This document shows positions 13,611 to 26,800 of a stretch of 64,000 nucleotides of DNA, piece after piece. The DNA is from Selaginella moellendorffii. Lineage: Eukaryota; Plantae; Lycopodiophyta. Location: NCBI RefSeq assembly GCF_000143415.4, contig NW_003314269.1, forward strand, positions 272,401-336,400. Reading direction: 5' to 3'. Position 1 is the stretch's first letter, and every line of letters begins with the position of its first letter. Below the pieces are notes generated by a model. That model had not been told where the DNA came from. It worked only from the letters and a program-made list of their open reading frames with translations, and ran no database searches. Position numbers and translations under genes: made by a program.

Positions 13611-14295
13611 CTAAGGATCAATTCCTTCTTCTGTGTATCTAAACTCCACGACGAGGCCGAGATTATCCACAAGCTGATGGTAAACTTCACATCCCGAGCA
13701 CTAGAGCAAAAGTAGAAGAGGAGGAGAAAAAAAAGATTAGGATGAATTCCAAGACCGTGATGAGAGCTATGTGCACCTGGACGTAGACTGTTCCTCGCTC
13801 GTAAGCGTGAGGATTTATCAGCCGTGTAGTTCTTGTCTGGCAAGCATTGCAAGTAAACTCGGCTTGGAGCCTTCTTCGCGGCAAGTGGAGATCAAGCTGC
13901 GCAGTCTGCCAGCAATCGACGAGAAAGAAAGAAGCAAAAGAAGAAGCTAACTTAGTGGAAAAGAAAAAGAGGAGCATGATCTACCTGAGAATTCTCATCA
14001 GAGGTGGAAGGAGACTCGCCATTTTCTGACACTGATCTCACACCAAATGAGACTCAGTCCACAAGATTCGATTCAGTAACTTACATTCTGCAACGCATCC
14101 AAGGCGCCGCTCACGATGCCGCGTCCTTGCGATCGCAATGCGCGGCCCCGGCGACGCGACCAAACTTTTCGCCAGAAATCTCTCTCCTGACCTGGGAAAT
14201 CGGATGCGCCGCAACGGCGGGAGCTCCAGCGATCGATCCGACGCTGCTGTTGAGAAGAGATCGATGCCGCAGGCGCAAGAAGCGGTGAGCGCCAT
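13611..14295 (-). CDS. DNL-type (Zim17/Hep) zinc-finger protein, probably organellar, 4 exons
   Basis: MALTASCAC.. presequence-like N-terminus; RRRLQAEFTCNACQTRTTRLINPHAYERGTVYVQ|CSGCEVYHQLVDNLGLVVEF has two CxxC motifs and DNL. Confidence 0.88.
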
Positions 14296-14384
14296 TTTTT
14301 CCAGTCCCGGAAGAACCCTAAAAATGCCAATGCTGCCAAATATTATAAACCTAAACCTCCGTGTTTGGCCTGGGCAGGAGAAGC

Positions 14385-15612
14385 ATGCCTGCCGGCATTT
14401 GCAGCGCGCCACTCTGGATCCACCGCGCGGATGCTCCAGCTACGGCGCTTCACATCGATCGAAGTCTCGTCGCCAGCAGCAGCGGATTCGATGGCTACTC
14501 GGTGAGGCCTCGCAGGAGGCGCCAGATTTTGGTAAGGGAACTAGCTAAGCCTGAGCTTGTGATTGGATTGGAGGGATTGTTAGAGGATTTGGAGTGGATG
14601 GATTGTGCATGGATGGATAGAGACGGATTGGCGGCTTTTTATTTGCTTCTTTGCTCAGGGTCTCCCGTGTCTTGGTGGATTTTCTATAGAGGGTAGCAGC
14701 AGAGAGTAGAAGAGGGGAAACTAGAAGAAGCAGTGATCTGGTGCTTGGGTATGGAGATGAGATCCCGACTCAAGCTGAAGCTATTGCTGCTGGAACCACT
14801 GTGGCAGAGCAACCGAGCTATAAATCGATACCAGACTTGGACTACTTGCAAGTAAGTTCTTAGTTCTCTCGAAACTCTTGTTCCTTCTTCTTTGTTTTTC
14901 GGGAGTTCTTATGTTTTTCTCTTCCTTTCTCAGGAACTTCTCGCGATCCAACAACAAGGGCCAAGAGCTATCGGCTTCTTCGGAACGCGAAACATGGGAT
15001 TCATGCATCAACAGCTTATTGAGATACTTAGTTACGCGATGGTAATCACGGTGAGTTTCCTGCTTCGCGACGACGAAGAAGCAGAATATCGAAAGGACGA
15101 GAAAAGTCTAACCGTCGGCTTCACCTCTTCCAGAAAAACCACATCTACACGTCTGGAGCCTCCGGCACAAACGCCGCGGTTATCAGAGGAGCATTGAGAG
15201 CCGAGAGGCCCGAGTTGCTGACGGTGATTCTTCCCCAAAGTCTGAAGAAGCAGCCACCGGAGAGCCAAGAGCTGCTAGCAAAAGTAAGAGCTTTTCTCTT
15301 TCTCTCTTGGTTTTCCACTCAAACACAACAACACCAGGTGAAAAACGTGATGGAGATGCCGCACAACGATCATCTCCCATTGATTGAAGCGAGCAGGTGT
15401 TTTCGTCTTTCCATTTTCTTCTTTGCTCAAGCATCGATGTTTTCTTTGGCTTCTGACCACCGGGCTTGCTTTCCAGATTGTGCAATATGGACATTCTTTC
15501 ACACGTACAGCAGGTCATTTGTTTTGCCTTCCATGACAGCAGATTACTCATGGAAACATGCAGCGAAGCCAAGAGTCTTCGCAAGATTGTCACGCTATTC
15601 TATCTCGACTGA
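14385..15612 (+). CDS. DprA/SMF (SLOG-fold)-like protein of cyanobacterial type, likely plastid-targeted
   Basis: ELLAIQQQGPRAIGFFGTRNMGFMHQQLIEILSYAM, IYTSGASGTNAAVIRGALRA, LTVILPQSL, ICFAFHDSRLLMETC..IVTLFYLD*. Confidence 0.75.
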
Positions 15613-15795
15613 TGATGACGAGAGCACGTTTTGTGGTAAACGATCATCAAACCATTCGGCTGTTTGCTTAATTGATCGCCCTTTGTCAAAACTTGTGTCT
15701 GTCAGCTATTTTCTTTTGTGTTTTTTATTGGTCCACTGCATTGTCTTTGTTGTGTGTCGCGTGTTCTCCGTGTTTCCGTAGGTTTCTCTCCTCTC

Positions 15796-16819
15796 ATGGC
15801 GCTTCACCTTTACATCGATCTGCTCTCACAGCCATCGCGAGCAATCTACATCTTTTGCCGGTGAGATTGAAAGTTTTCTCTCCTTTCTTCTTTGCTTTTT
15901 CTTTCTCCTAAAGCCATGATCTTGCTTGAAACGCAGGGTGAACAACATTGAAGCCGAGATCCATCACTTAGACTTGATGAAGGGGGAGCACCAGACGCCA
16001 GAGTACAAAGGTACTTCCTGGAATTCAATCATTCTAGAAAAAGCCACTGTTTCTCGCGTCTTTTTTGCTCAGCTGTGAATCCAATGGGCCAAGTGCCTGC
16101 TATTGTGGACAATGGTTTCAAACTCTTCGAAAGGTTTGGACTCTGGCTCGTCTTTGAGTCTGACTTAACTTCTGCACAGCCATGCTATTCTTCGTTATCT
16201 GGCAACAACGAAGCCTGGGGTTTCTAGTAACTGGTAAAGCACCAAGTTTTTACTTATGTTCTGACCATTTTAAAACCGCAGGTACCCATCGGATCCATTA
16301 CGAGGAGCTCGGATCGATAGCGTCCTGGATTGGCACCATGGAAATCTGCGTCGTGGTGCAGGTAACTTTCCCTTGTTTACTGTTACTTCCTCATTCATTA
16401 TTCTCTCCTCATACAGCGGGCCTGTTTTTCAACGAAGTCCTGGCACCATATCTGGGCATCCCCAAAGACGAGAGCAAACTTGCCGAGTTTGATAAAACAC
16501 TCCAAGCTTCAGTTGACACCATTGAAAACGTGTGGCTCGAAGAGGGCGGCAAATTCCTGTGCGGCGAGTCCGAGATAACCATTGCGGATCTGAGCCTGGC
16601 TTGCGAAATCATCCAGCTCGAGGTAAAGACATCACAGTCAGCTTTATCCTCTCATCTTCGTGAATAACGCTTTGGAAAATCCAGGTTCTGAAGGACAAGT
16701 ACGCTAGTCTGGTTGGTCCAAGAGACAAACTTAAAAAGTGGATGCTTGATGTTGAGGAAGCAGCCTCGCCTTACTTCCGTGACGCTCTCTCTAACTTAGC
16801 AGCGGCAACGACCAAGTGA
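15796..16819 (+). CDS. GSTT: Theta-class glutathione S-transferase, 7 exons
   Basis: MALHLYIDLLSQPSRAIYIFC, NPMGQVPAIVDNGFKLFESHAILRYL, DWHHGNLR, ITIADLSLACEIIQL. Confidence 0.92.
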
Positions 16820-17044
16820 AAGGCATTACAGAAAGAAAGGTTTGCTTATATGTTTTCTTAGTCACCAATCGGTGATGAACATGGTGTGTGGCGACTGAAG
16901 ATCGACTGAAGATGTTAAGCAAGAGGGCTGGGAGATTAATAACTGAGTCCTTTTGCTATTCCAAAGCTATAAACTAGAAAATGAATGGAGGTTTCCCTGG
17001 GAAAAAATGGCAACGCTGCACAACAAACCATGCGAGATTGGATA

Positions 17045-17974
17045 TCAGCAAGGAGAGCAACTCCTGGGAGGAGTTTTGGCTGTCCTGTGCTCCTGCTGCT
17101 TCTCCTGCAGGAAGCGGATGTGTTGCGGCCTGCATAGCAGGTGCACCAACTTTACGTGGTGGGTGATGTGGTGGTAGTGCACCTGCAGCAGCGTCGGGTT
17201 GACCGCGTTGCTGGCCGACAAGTACGGGTCAACGTCACAGTAGTCAACGATCTCGCTGGGCCGAAAGGTGGTAGCCCAGGTCTGCAGCTTGGCGTGCGGG
17301 CAGTAGACCCGGATCTTGTGCTGGAACCTGTACAGGTACTTGTTCTCCGAGAGCTGCCGGTCCTGCTCCGGCGACACGATCTGGACGCTCATCTCCACCT
17401 GTTTCTCGATCTCCGTCTTGGGGCGGCAGTGGATGTCCACCCTCGCGCCCGGGTCCGCGTCCTCGTACTCGTGCGAGAAGTCGTACGCGTTCTCGAAGGA
17501 GATGATGTGGTTGACGCCCGTGTTGGGGTCCTTGAACGCGATGGAGCGGCAGAAGGTGTTTGTGTCGAGGATGGCGGTGGCGTTCTTGGTGGTCTTGAAG
17601 TCGGCGGTGTCGAACGAGTGGTGGGCGACGTGGTTGACGCGCCGGGTCATCACGGGGCGCTCCGGGAAGAGGCGGCGGATGTAGATGGAGTCGAGGAAGT
17701 GGACGCGGTTGGGGCCGGCGTCGCGGTTGGGCACCATCTTGGGCGCCACGCACACGATCCGCGGGGGCTCGTTCCATTTCGGCGGGGGAGGCTTGGGCGA
17801 TCGCCCCGCACGCGTGCCCACGGAGCGCGAGCGGCATTGCTCCTGGGATTGCTGCGATTGATCGGAGGGATTGGGTCTCCGGACGGGCGAGCTCGATCGC
17901 GGCCGACTGCCAGGAGCCTGCCTGTGCCTGATTGTCAGATCGGCGGGCGTCTTGACCTCCCACGCCGAATCCAT
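17045..17974 (-). CDS. Intronless hypothetical protein (309 aa), no family recognised
   Basis: ATG-to-stop ORF with strong C/G third-position bias; disordered N-terminus followed by a globular-looking ~200 aa core. Confidence 0.7.
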   Translation of the reverse strand: MDSAWEVKTPADLTIRHRQAPGSRPRSSSPVRRPNPSDQSQQSQEQCRSRSVGTRAGRSPKPPPPKWNEPPRIVCVAPKMVPNRDAGPNRVHFLDSIYIRRLFPERPVMTRRVNHVAHHSFDTADFKTTKNATAILDTNTFCRSIAFKDPNTGVNHIISFENAYDFSHEYEDADPGARVDIHCRPKTEIEKQVEMSVQIVSPEQDRQLSENKYLYRFQHKIRVYCPHAKLQTWATTFRPSEIVDYCDVDPYLSASNAVNPTLLQVHYHHITHHVKLVHLLCRPQHIRFLQEKQQEHRTAKTPPRSCSPC

Positions 17975-18248
17975 GGCGGCGACGGCGGCGAGGCCAGCAG
18001 CATTTCCTCCTTGCTCGCCGTGCCCAGCGCGCGCGAAAAGATGAGCGAATCGCGCGAGGAAACGCTTGGAGGGGCGAAGCGTTGCGTGAGGATGACGATG
18101 ACGGTGACGGTGATGGGTGAAGGGTGACGGTCAACCGTCACAGATAGAATATTTTCTGGAAAAGATCCGCCTTTGGAAGAAAGATTCGTCTTTGGACAAG
18201 GCTCCAAAACCGGGGAAGTTTAAATTTCTCTCGTGAAACTTGGGTTCC

Positions 18249-19509
18249 ATGGAAGGCGGGGTTGGAATCAGCAGCTACTCGCGGAATTCCTCCAACCAGG
18301 GATCGGCATTCTTGCTCATCGCCCCGGCTCTCCGCGTGGCGATCGCGGCGCACGACTTCGCCGATCACACTGCCGCTCCCCTCCGGATCGCCGATTTGGG
18401 ATGCGCGGTGGGCAGCAACACTATCACCGCGGTAGCCTTTGTGATCAAGGCCGTGAGAGACAAATTCAAGTCGTCCGGGCTGCGCGAGCCCGAGGTCCAG
18501 GCGCTATTTTCGGATTTGGTCTCCAACGATTTCAACACGCTCTTCCAGCATCTGGAGGGCGCCGATTTCTTCGTCGCGGGAGTGCCAGGATCGTTCTACC
18601 ATCGCCTCTTCCCCAGCTCCAGCATCCACTTTTCCATGTGTAACGTAGCATTGCAGTGGCTCTCAAAGGCGAGTGAGAGATTTCTTTCTCATCTCTAAAG
18701 TTCTTTGTTCCTTGAGATGATGTTTCGCGATCTTGGATGAATTGCTGATCGAGCTCGTTGCTCTTGCTCTTTCAGGTTCCAGCGGCCGTGGCTGACAGAA
18801 GATCTTCGTCCTGGAACGCTGGAAGAATCACTGCTGGAGGATCAGCACCAGAGGTTGCTCGAGCGTTCGCGTCGCAAGCCCACGAAGATCTCTGCCGCTA
18901 CTTGGCTTGTCGAGCTGAAGAGACTGTCCCTGGCGGCCTCGTCACCTTCTTCGTAAGCATAAGATCGAGCAGCGATCCTGCGGAGCAAACGGGAGGCGAG
19001 GATTGTTCTCTCGGCTGGATGGTAACCTGCCTGGAGCAAGTATGGAACGATTTAGTTCTCGAGGTAAGAGATCATCAAACAGACTGAAAAGAACAAACCC
19101 GCTTTGCTTTGCACAGGGATTGATTGATGAAGAAACTCGTGACTCCTTCAATATTCCGGCCTACCACCGGACTCTGGACGAGATTGCCAAGGCCGTCAGC
19201 GACTCTGGCGATGTTTTCACTATCTTGCAGCTCGAAGAACTCAAGTGTCCAATGCCAACATACGCCAGCGTCAAGGCCAAAGTTGAGGCTGGAGGAGGGA
19301 AAGCTCCGACTCCTCAAGAGTATGCTGGCATAGAGACCATGGCGATGAAGAGCACTATGAAGAAACAAATAGAAGCACACCTGAAAACTCCAGATCTGGT
19401 CGAGGCACTGTTTAAACGGCTGGAAGAGAGATTTCTTCCGAAGGAACCTTATGTTCCAGCACGTCACGTCAAAATGGCTTTGGCAATCCTGGAGCGAGGA
19501 AGTAAATAA
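18249..19509 (+). CDS. SABATH family SAM-dependent carboxyl methyltransferase, 3 exons
   Basis: MEGGVGISSYSRNS, RIADLGCAVGSNT, FSDLVSNDFNTLF, GVPGSFYHRLFP, LQWLSK|VP, RAEETVPGG, GLIDEETRDSFNIPAY. Confidence 0.93.
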
Positions 19510-19625
19510 GACGAAAGTATGAGTTTACCATTTGAAGTGGATTTACAAATGTTGACAAGCATGCTTCTGGAAAATAGCAACCAAACGGAAAACTGTCACT
19601 CCAAAGCAGTGGAGATTGACTTGCC

Positions 19626-20924
19626 TTAGTTCTGCGGTGTTGCATGTCCTGCCTTGCACTGGCCCAAAGGAGGATGGCACAAAAAATGCTGCGTCACAGC
19701 AAAATGGTAATCGAAGTTGGAGCGCAGGTGCTTGCAGTGGAGCTCAATCCATCGCTCTTGCAGATTTGATGGCACTCCCTTGAGTCCTTCCTCCTCGGGA
19801 CTAGAAATAAGAGGACGAATTTCTTCGCGGAGTGCCTTGAACTCTACCGCTACAGCCTTCTGCTTTGCCTGCGCACCAAATGCCCGTAAAACAAAGGCTC
19901 CAAATAAGCAAGCAAACTTACTTGCATCGCCACAACCTCTGAGCACTCCACCTCGAGAGCAGGCTCCGTCTTGGCAGACTCGGCGTTGATCCTTTTGTTA
20001 ATGATGTTCCTCGACTTTTGGAAGGCGAGAGATTTTTGCTTCTTGTTCTGTTGCTGATCCTCCACCTTTTGCTGCAGCTGCTGCTTTGGCCGGATAGTTT
20101 TCTTGTCGGCTTCGATTTGTCTCGCTAGCACAGACCTCTGACCTTTCACGACATTGTCTGCAGCGTCAGGGCCCGCCTTTGCCTTGGTCTCCGCCACCGG
20201 TTGCTTAGAGCCAGCCTCCACCTTCTTCGAGCCAGCAGCAGTCACTCCCTCCTTGCCTTTCGCAGCGACCGCCTCTTTTTCCTTCTGCTCTTGCTGTTCT
20301 TGCTGCTGCAAATGCTTAAGTATTGGAAACTTCTCCAGCAGATCTTCCTGCTTCATCACCAGCGCCGGATGCCTGCGTCCCCGCTGGTTTGGAGTTCGCT
20401 TCCGAGTGAAGCGCATGATTCTAATGTCCGCTACCTGCGTGTGCTGCACGTGTTGCGTAGCAGCAGCAGGAACTGCGAGCTGTTGCGGCGATGGATGGGC
20501 GTTCACGTTAGACTCCGGTGGCGGTGCTGGATCTATCTCTGTGGCCTCCACCACTGGCTCGGGCGGAGGCTGCGATGCCGCCAGAGCTCTCCAGTCATCG
20601 TCGCCATTATCTTCGTCCATGGTGCTAAACTTGGTTTGATCCTCGTCGACAAAGTCATTCACGCCATGAACTCTCTCCATGGCAAACCTGGGAAGGAAAA
20701 GCAACAAGAAAATCAGAAGAACTCGTAAAAGATCTCTCAAAAGTAATGCACACAAAATGGCACAAAACGAAGAGAGGAAAATGAAAATCAAACGAGCTGT
20801 TTGCTTGCTTGCCTCTCTTCATCACCGTCCCAGCAAAACACAGGCGTCTGTAGCTGCAAAGATCATACAGCTAAAGCCGTAGCACAGCGCACAAAGATTT
20901 TCTTACCGATGCTGCCTCTTCCAT
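19626..20924 (-). CDS. Hypothetical Q/K/E-rich protein, probably 4 exons
   Basis: MEEAAS|LQTPVFCWDGDEER|FAMERVHG.. is in frame if a GC donor at 20812 is used; long exon, then GT-AG intron EVVAMQ|AKQKAVAVEF..; alternative start at 20680. Confidence 0.6.
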
Positions 20925-21126
20925 TGCTCCTCGCTGCAAATCCAGACCAGCCTAATGTGTAGATCGAGCAATCGCTTACCTCGGCTCGCAGCGCCGCAGC
21001 TAGCTGCGATCGAAATCACGGCGCTCCAAAATCCCAGCAGCGGTCCCGCCAGTGCCGCCCTACTCAAACCCTAGCAAACACTACTGAGAAGAAAACTATT
21101 CCCTCCCAATTATGTTAAAAAAATAG

Positions 21127-21881
21127 CTAAGCTTGAGCTTGAGCTTCTAGTTGCTGGAGCTCCTCTTGCCATGCTTTCACCTTCTCTGGTTTTGGCTGAG
21201 AGGACGTCCCTTCTTGCGGCGATTCGTTTGCTAGCCGGATCTACGCAGAGAAAAAAGAGTGAAGATCCATTCGCTTGGATTTTTTAGGAGTGAAAAGAAA
21301 GAATCGGACCTTTTTTTTGAGAGCTCGAATCCTCTTCTCCAGCTCCGACTTGCCAGTGTCAGTCACGCTTTGATTTCCTTCTTGCGAGATTTCTCCTTGC
21401 TTTGTTGTCTCGCATGGCTCGGAAGAAACTTGCAGGGCGTCAAGTTTTTGTGAGAGTGAGTCGCCGGGCTCTGTTGTTGTCGATCCCAGTTTTGCCTGAT
21501 TCAGGAGAAAAAATTGTAAGCGATGAAGAAAAGATAAGACTGGCGACACAGAAAAAGATCCAATCGTCTCACCTGTTGCTTCTTCTCCTTCCTTTTCTCG
21601 TTCTTCTTTGCGGCTTTAGTTTTTGGCTTGATCAAATCGGTTTCGGGGTCGTAGCCAGGAGGAACCAAAGGAGCATCCTTCTTGAACTGGACAAAGTAAT
21701 AAGCGAAGATGTTGTGATGAATTTCCTAGCTTACCAAGGCGCCTTTGGATTGATAAATGGCGACCTCCTCCTGCGCCACGTATCCAGCTCGTATCCTCAC
21801 GGCCTTGCGCATTGTTCCATCGGGCCGCCGCGTTGCCGGGAGTATCCTCTCTTCCCCCCCCTTGGCCTCTGAACCCATCAT
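21127..21881 (-). CDS. PYM: Partner of Y14 and Mago (PYM/WIBG)
   Basis: RILPATRRPDGTMRKAVRIRAGYVAQEEVAIYQSKG (Mago-binding domain); C-terminal ELEKRIRALKKK|IRL. Confidence 0.93.
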
Positions 21882-22983
21882 GAACCCTAAAAAACGATGA
21901 AGAGCTCGATGACTGAAACACCAAGCTCCAGCGCTCAAGCGCAAATGTTGTGTCACAAACTTCTGTGGGACATAATTACGTAGCTTCTCCTATTCTTGGC
22001 ATCCTAGTATCTCCTTTTGAGGTGGATATTAGTTTTTTTTCAAGGATCAAGTTTAATGTTTATGAACTTCAGTGGATTCTTTATGATTTTGATTGCTTTG
22101 AAGGATGAGTTTGAAGATTTCACAAGATAAGTGTAAGATTTTAAATTTCTTATATAATCATTTTTTTCTTTCTTACTACTTTTTTCTAACTTTTTATTAT
22201 TTGTTACCTTTTTATAATTTCTTTTTCAGGTACATTGATCAATTTTGATTTATATAATTCTTGTGATAAGTATAATGTTGAGATGAATGTTTTTCATCCT
22301 CTGCAAAATGATTTTGGTTTAATATTGATTTTTTGTATTCTTGAAATGAATTTAAACAAAATAAGCTAAATATTATATAAAGCTAATTTCCCTACTTTTT
22401 TTGATAGAATATAGCATTTCTTACAACAGTAAAGTAAATAGAGCATGAGCAATAATAAATTGTAAAATATTTTTTAATGATAATTGTAATTCATTTTTTA
22501 GGTTGTTTATAGACTATTTTACATTCATTTCCTAGCTATTTTAAATATATCTTTGAATATTTGATTATTCACAAAAATCTCATATATGAAAGTTTTTTCA
22601 AACCCATGCTAACATACTAACCTCAACAAAAATTTATTAGCACTAAATTTTTAACAATGATTATGTGCTTTAAAATTTAGCTTTTAAGTTATATATAATT
22701 AAAATCAAGTGGTATCTAATACTATACTAAAAGAAATAGATTTTAGATGTACAAATTTTTTTCTTACTAATTCCTATATTGAACATTCTTTATAAAAATA
22801 TTTCAGTAAAAATTGTATTATGTGTGGTCCCCTTAGTGAGTTAACATGACACCTTAAATTTGTAAAATAGTTAATGTTGTAAGTAATAAAATTCTTAAAA
22901 TATTTTAATAATTAATAAAATCTAGAAGTTACATGGTGTGATATATTTTCTTTCAAACAATAGGCTTTGAGCTTATTTACTTA

Positions 22984-23529
<546 letters not shown>

Positions 23530-23617
23530 AAATATTAAAAACATAAATTAATTATTTTAGAATTAAAGAAATAAAGGTTGATACATTTGTGTTAACATAA
23601 GAAATAATTTTTCAAGT

Positions 23618-23791
23618 TGTGAGTGTATGGAATATGGAAAGGGAATACAGAAATGTGCATATCAATTAGCCCAAAAACCCTAGCTTATATATAGGAGCGA
23701 GTGGTCCGGATTGAAACCAATCCGACGGCTACCAAAATCCACTACGCTAATATTAGTATACGGCATCGTAGCCGTACACTTGGCCCTCACA
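23618..23791 (-). repeat. Family A 3' LTR; PPT (GAGAGGAGGGGATGA on minus) adjacent at 23792-23806
   Basis: Direct repeat of 28130-28303. Confidence 0.97.
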
Positions 23792-23823
23792 TCATCCCCT
23801 CCTCTCGGAATAATGGAAGGCCG

Positions 23824-26800
23824 TCAGGGTTCTCTTGTAGATGGGCCGGGATCTGGAGGAACGTCAGGAGGAGGCATCGGTGGATCTGTAGACAGTATTA
23901 ACTGCTCCTGATCCCTTTGTATGAAGCGTTTTAACCGCTGCACATGCACAATCTCCGGAGGATCGGCCTGTTGAACATCATGCCGAACCTCATAAACTTG
24001 TGGTCCAACTTGCCGCAACACCCGATACGGTCCTTTCCACTGTGCAAGGAGCCCCTTAGATAAACCACGTACCGTAAGATGGGGAAAACGGACTAACACC
24101 AAATCATCCACTTTGTACTCCGCAGGTGGACGATGATGGGAATTGTAGCGCCGTTGTTGTCCCACTTGTACGCGGCCTAAGTGTTCAGCAGATTCTGCTC
24201 GGACAAGTGGAAGAATGCTTGTCAAATATTGATCCCATGACCTAGCATCAGGAGCTCGTGGCAATCGCGAAGGTAAACCCAACTCTGTTGGTAATATTGG
24301 ATCATGACTATATAGAAGTTTATATGGTGAAGCACCAACAGAACTTTGCACCCCTCTGACATAAGCATACCGAAGAGACGGCAAATAACCATCCCAATCC
24401 GAATGTTGAAAGTTCACATACTTCGCAATCATCCCTTTGAATGTCCGAACGAGCCATTCCACCAGACCGTCTGATTGTGGATGATAAGCACTCGTAAAAG
24501 TGTGGCATATCCCCAACCGAGATGTCAAAACATGAAATAACTCAGCCATAAATGCAGGACCATTATCTGAAAGAATCCGCTCTGGACAAGAATGCTGGAA
24601 CACCACTCGATTGAGGAGGAAGTATCCAACAGCAGTTGCAAAGGCACTAGCAAGAGCACCAACTTCCACCCAACGAGTCAAGTAGTCAGAAGCAATAATA
24701 ACATACTCATTGCCAGCAGTCGATCGCAGAAAAGGTTCCATAAGATCAAACGCCACCAACTCAAACGGACGAGAAATTGCAATTGACTCCAACCGTCCTT
24801 CCGCAGCACAAGGGGGAGTATTACGAGCTTGGCACCAAACGCAGCTACGCACATACCGGATAATATCACGTCGCATCTCTGGCCAATAGAAAGATCTGTG
24901 CAGCTTCTTGGTGACACGACGGTGTCCCATATGCCCACCTAGAATAGGAGAATCATGGTAGGCATGAAGAAACCGCAGAATAAACACCGAAGGCACCACT
25001 AGCCGTAAATGATCATCAGGATCCATCCCCACAAAATAAAGAAGGCCATCTTCAAGGCGATATTGAGAATGTAAATGCCGAAAAGCCCATCGAGCCGTAC
25101 GACCAACCAAGTTCTTCCGCTTCAATAATGAAGTAACAGCAGCATGGTCACCTTCAAGTAACGTCCGAGAACCATGTAGATATGCATGAAGTTTCTCAAA
25201 ACCCCAGACTGCTGCTAAACACTCCTTCTCCGTCGTGGAGTAGTTCATCTCCGCTGGTTGTAATGTACGGCTTATGTATGCAATGGGATGGCGCTGACCA
25301 GGCACACTCGAGCTCTCTTGCATCAACACACCTCCAAGACCAATGTCAGAAGCATCCACGCGCAAAATAAAAGGTCGAGTGTAGTCAGGATATGCCAAAA
25401 CCGGAGGAGTCGTCAATAGCTCTTTGAGATTCACGAACGCCCGCTCACAATCGGGAGACCAGATGAAAGATGACGTTGATGACTTCAACAATGCTCGCAA
25501 TGGTATAGTGCGATCAGAAAGATGATCCACAAAACGACCGAGATACTGCACCTTACCCAAAAAGTGCTGCACATCATTCACACACTTCGGAGTAGGGAAC
25601 TTTAGAACAGCCACAAGTTTGTCAGGATCAACTTGCAAACCCTCACGAGAAATACGGTACCCAAGATAAGTTGTGTCCTTGGACCCAAACACGCACTTCG
25701 ACCGCTTCAGCTTTAAACCAACGTTGTGTAGCCGATCCAACACTTTACAAACATCACGAACATGCTCCTCCCACGTCCCCTCCGAGTGGATCAAGACATC
25801 ATCAATGAAGTCAGCCGTCACCTCCGGCATATCGCAAAGAACCTCGTCCATCATCCGCTGAAAAGTTGCTGGAGCATTGTTCAAACCAAACGGCATCACC
25901 AAAAACTCGTACAAACCAAATGGTGTACGAAAAGTAGTCTTAGGAATATCTTCTTCAGCCATCGGTACTTGCCAATACCCAGAAGCAAGATCTAGCTTGG
26001 TGAACCAACAACTTCGCCCCAGACGATCCAAGAGATCAGCAGTGTGAGGAAGAGGGTACACGTCCGGGATCGTCACTTCATTTAACGGACGATAGTCGAT
26101 GCAGAAACGAATACTCCTATCAGGCTTCGTCACAAGATGAGGTTCACATGCCCAAGGACTCCGCGACTTCCGAATAACACCCTTCTCCAACATCTCCTTG
26201 ACGTTTGCATGTAAAATCTTGATCTCCTTGGGTGACCGACGACGAACAGGAACCTTGATTGGACGAGCATCCCCGGTTGGAATGGGATGACGTGTGGCAA
26301 TCTTGGCCCCAGACGATAGGTCAAATTCAAAGAGATCAGAATACTCCTTCATGAGCTGGTCAACAGTTGCAACACAAAGATCATCAGAGGGATCGGAAAA
26401 GGGAAGAGCAGAACAAGATGGAAACACAAGAGGAAATAATGGGGGAACAAAAGTAATGGAAGCAGAGGTAGAAGTAGAGGGACGAAGATATACGGAAGTG
26501 AGAGGAATGGATGAAACATAAGGAAGTATGAGACAAGGGGGAGAAGCCTCAAAGTCACACTTGGCATGATTGTGCTGCAACCAATCCATAACAAGAATGA
26601 GGTCAAAAGCTTGACTCGGCACCACCCGCAACGACTGCAACTCAAGCTCGAGATTGCCCACACGCACAACCAGGTCCGCCTCATCTCGTGCACATGCATG
26701 TGTACGGCCGTTGCCATAAAGAATGAAAACTGGATCCGCCGCACGACGCAAGTGTAGACGACAACGTGTGGCAACAGGTCGAGCAATAGAAGATAAACTC

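Noticed and set aside
17141-18134. 328 aa plus-strand and 296 aa alternate-frame ORFs over the orphan gene
   Set aside because: Expected stop-free shadows of a GC3-rich CDS, with V/G/R-skewed composition
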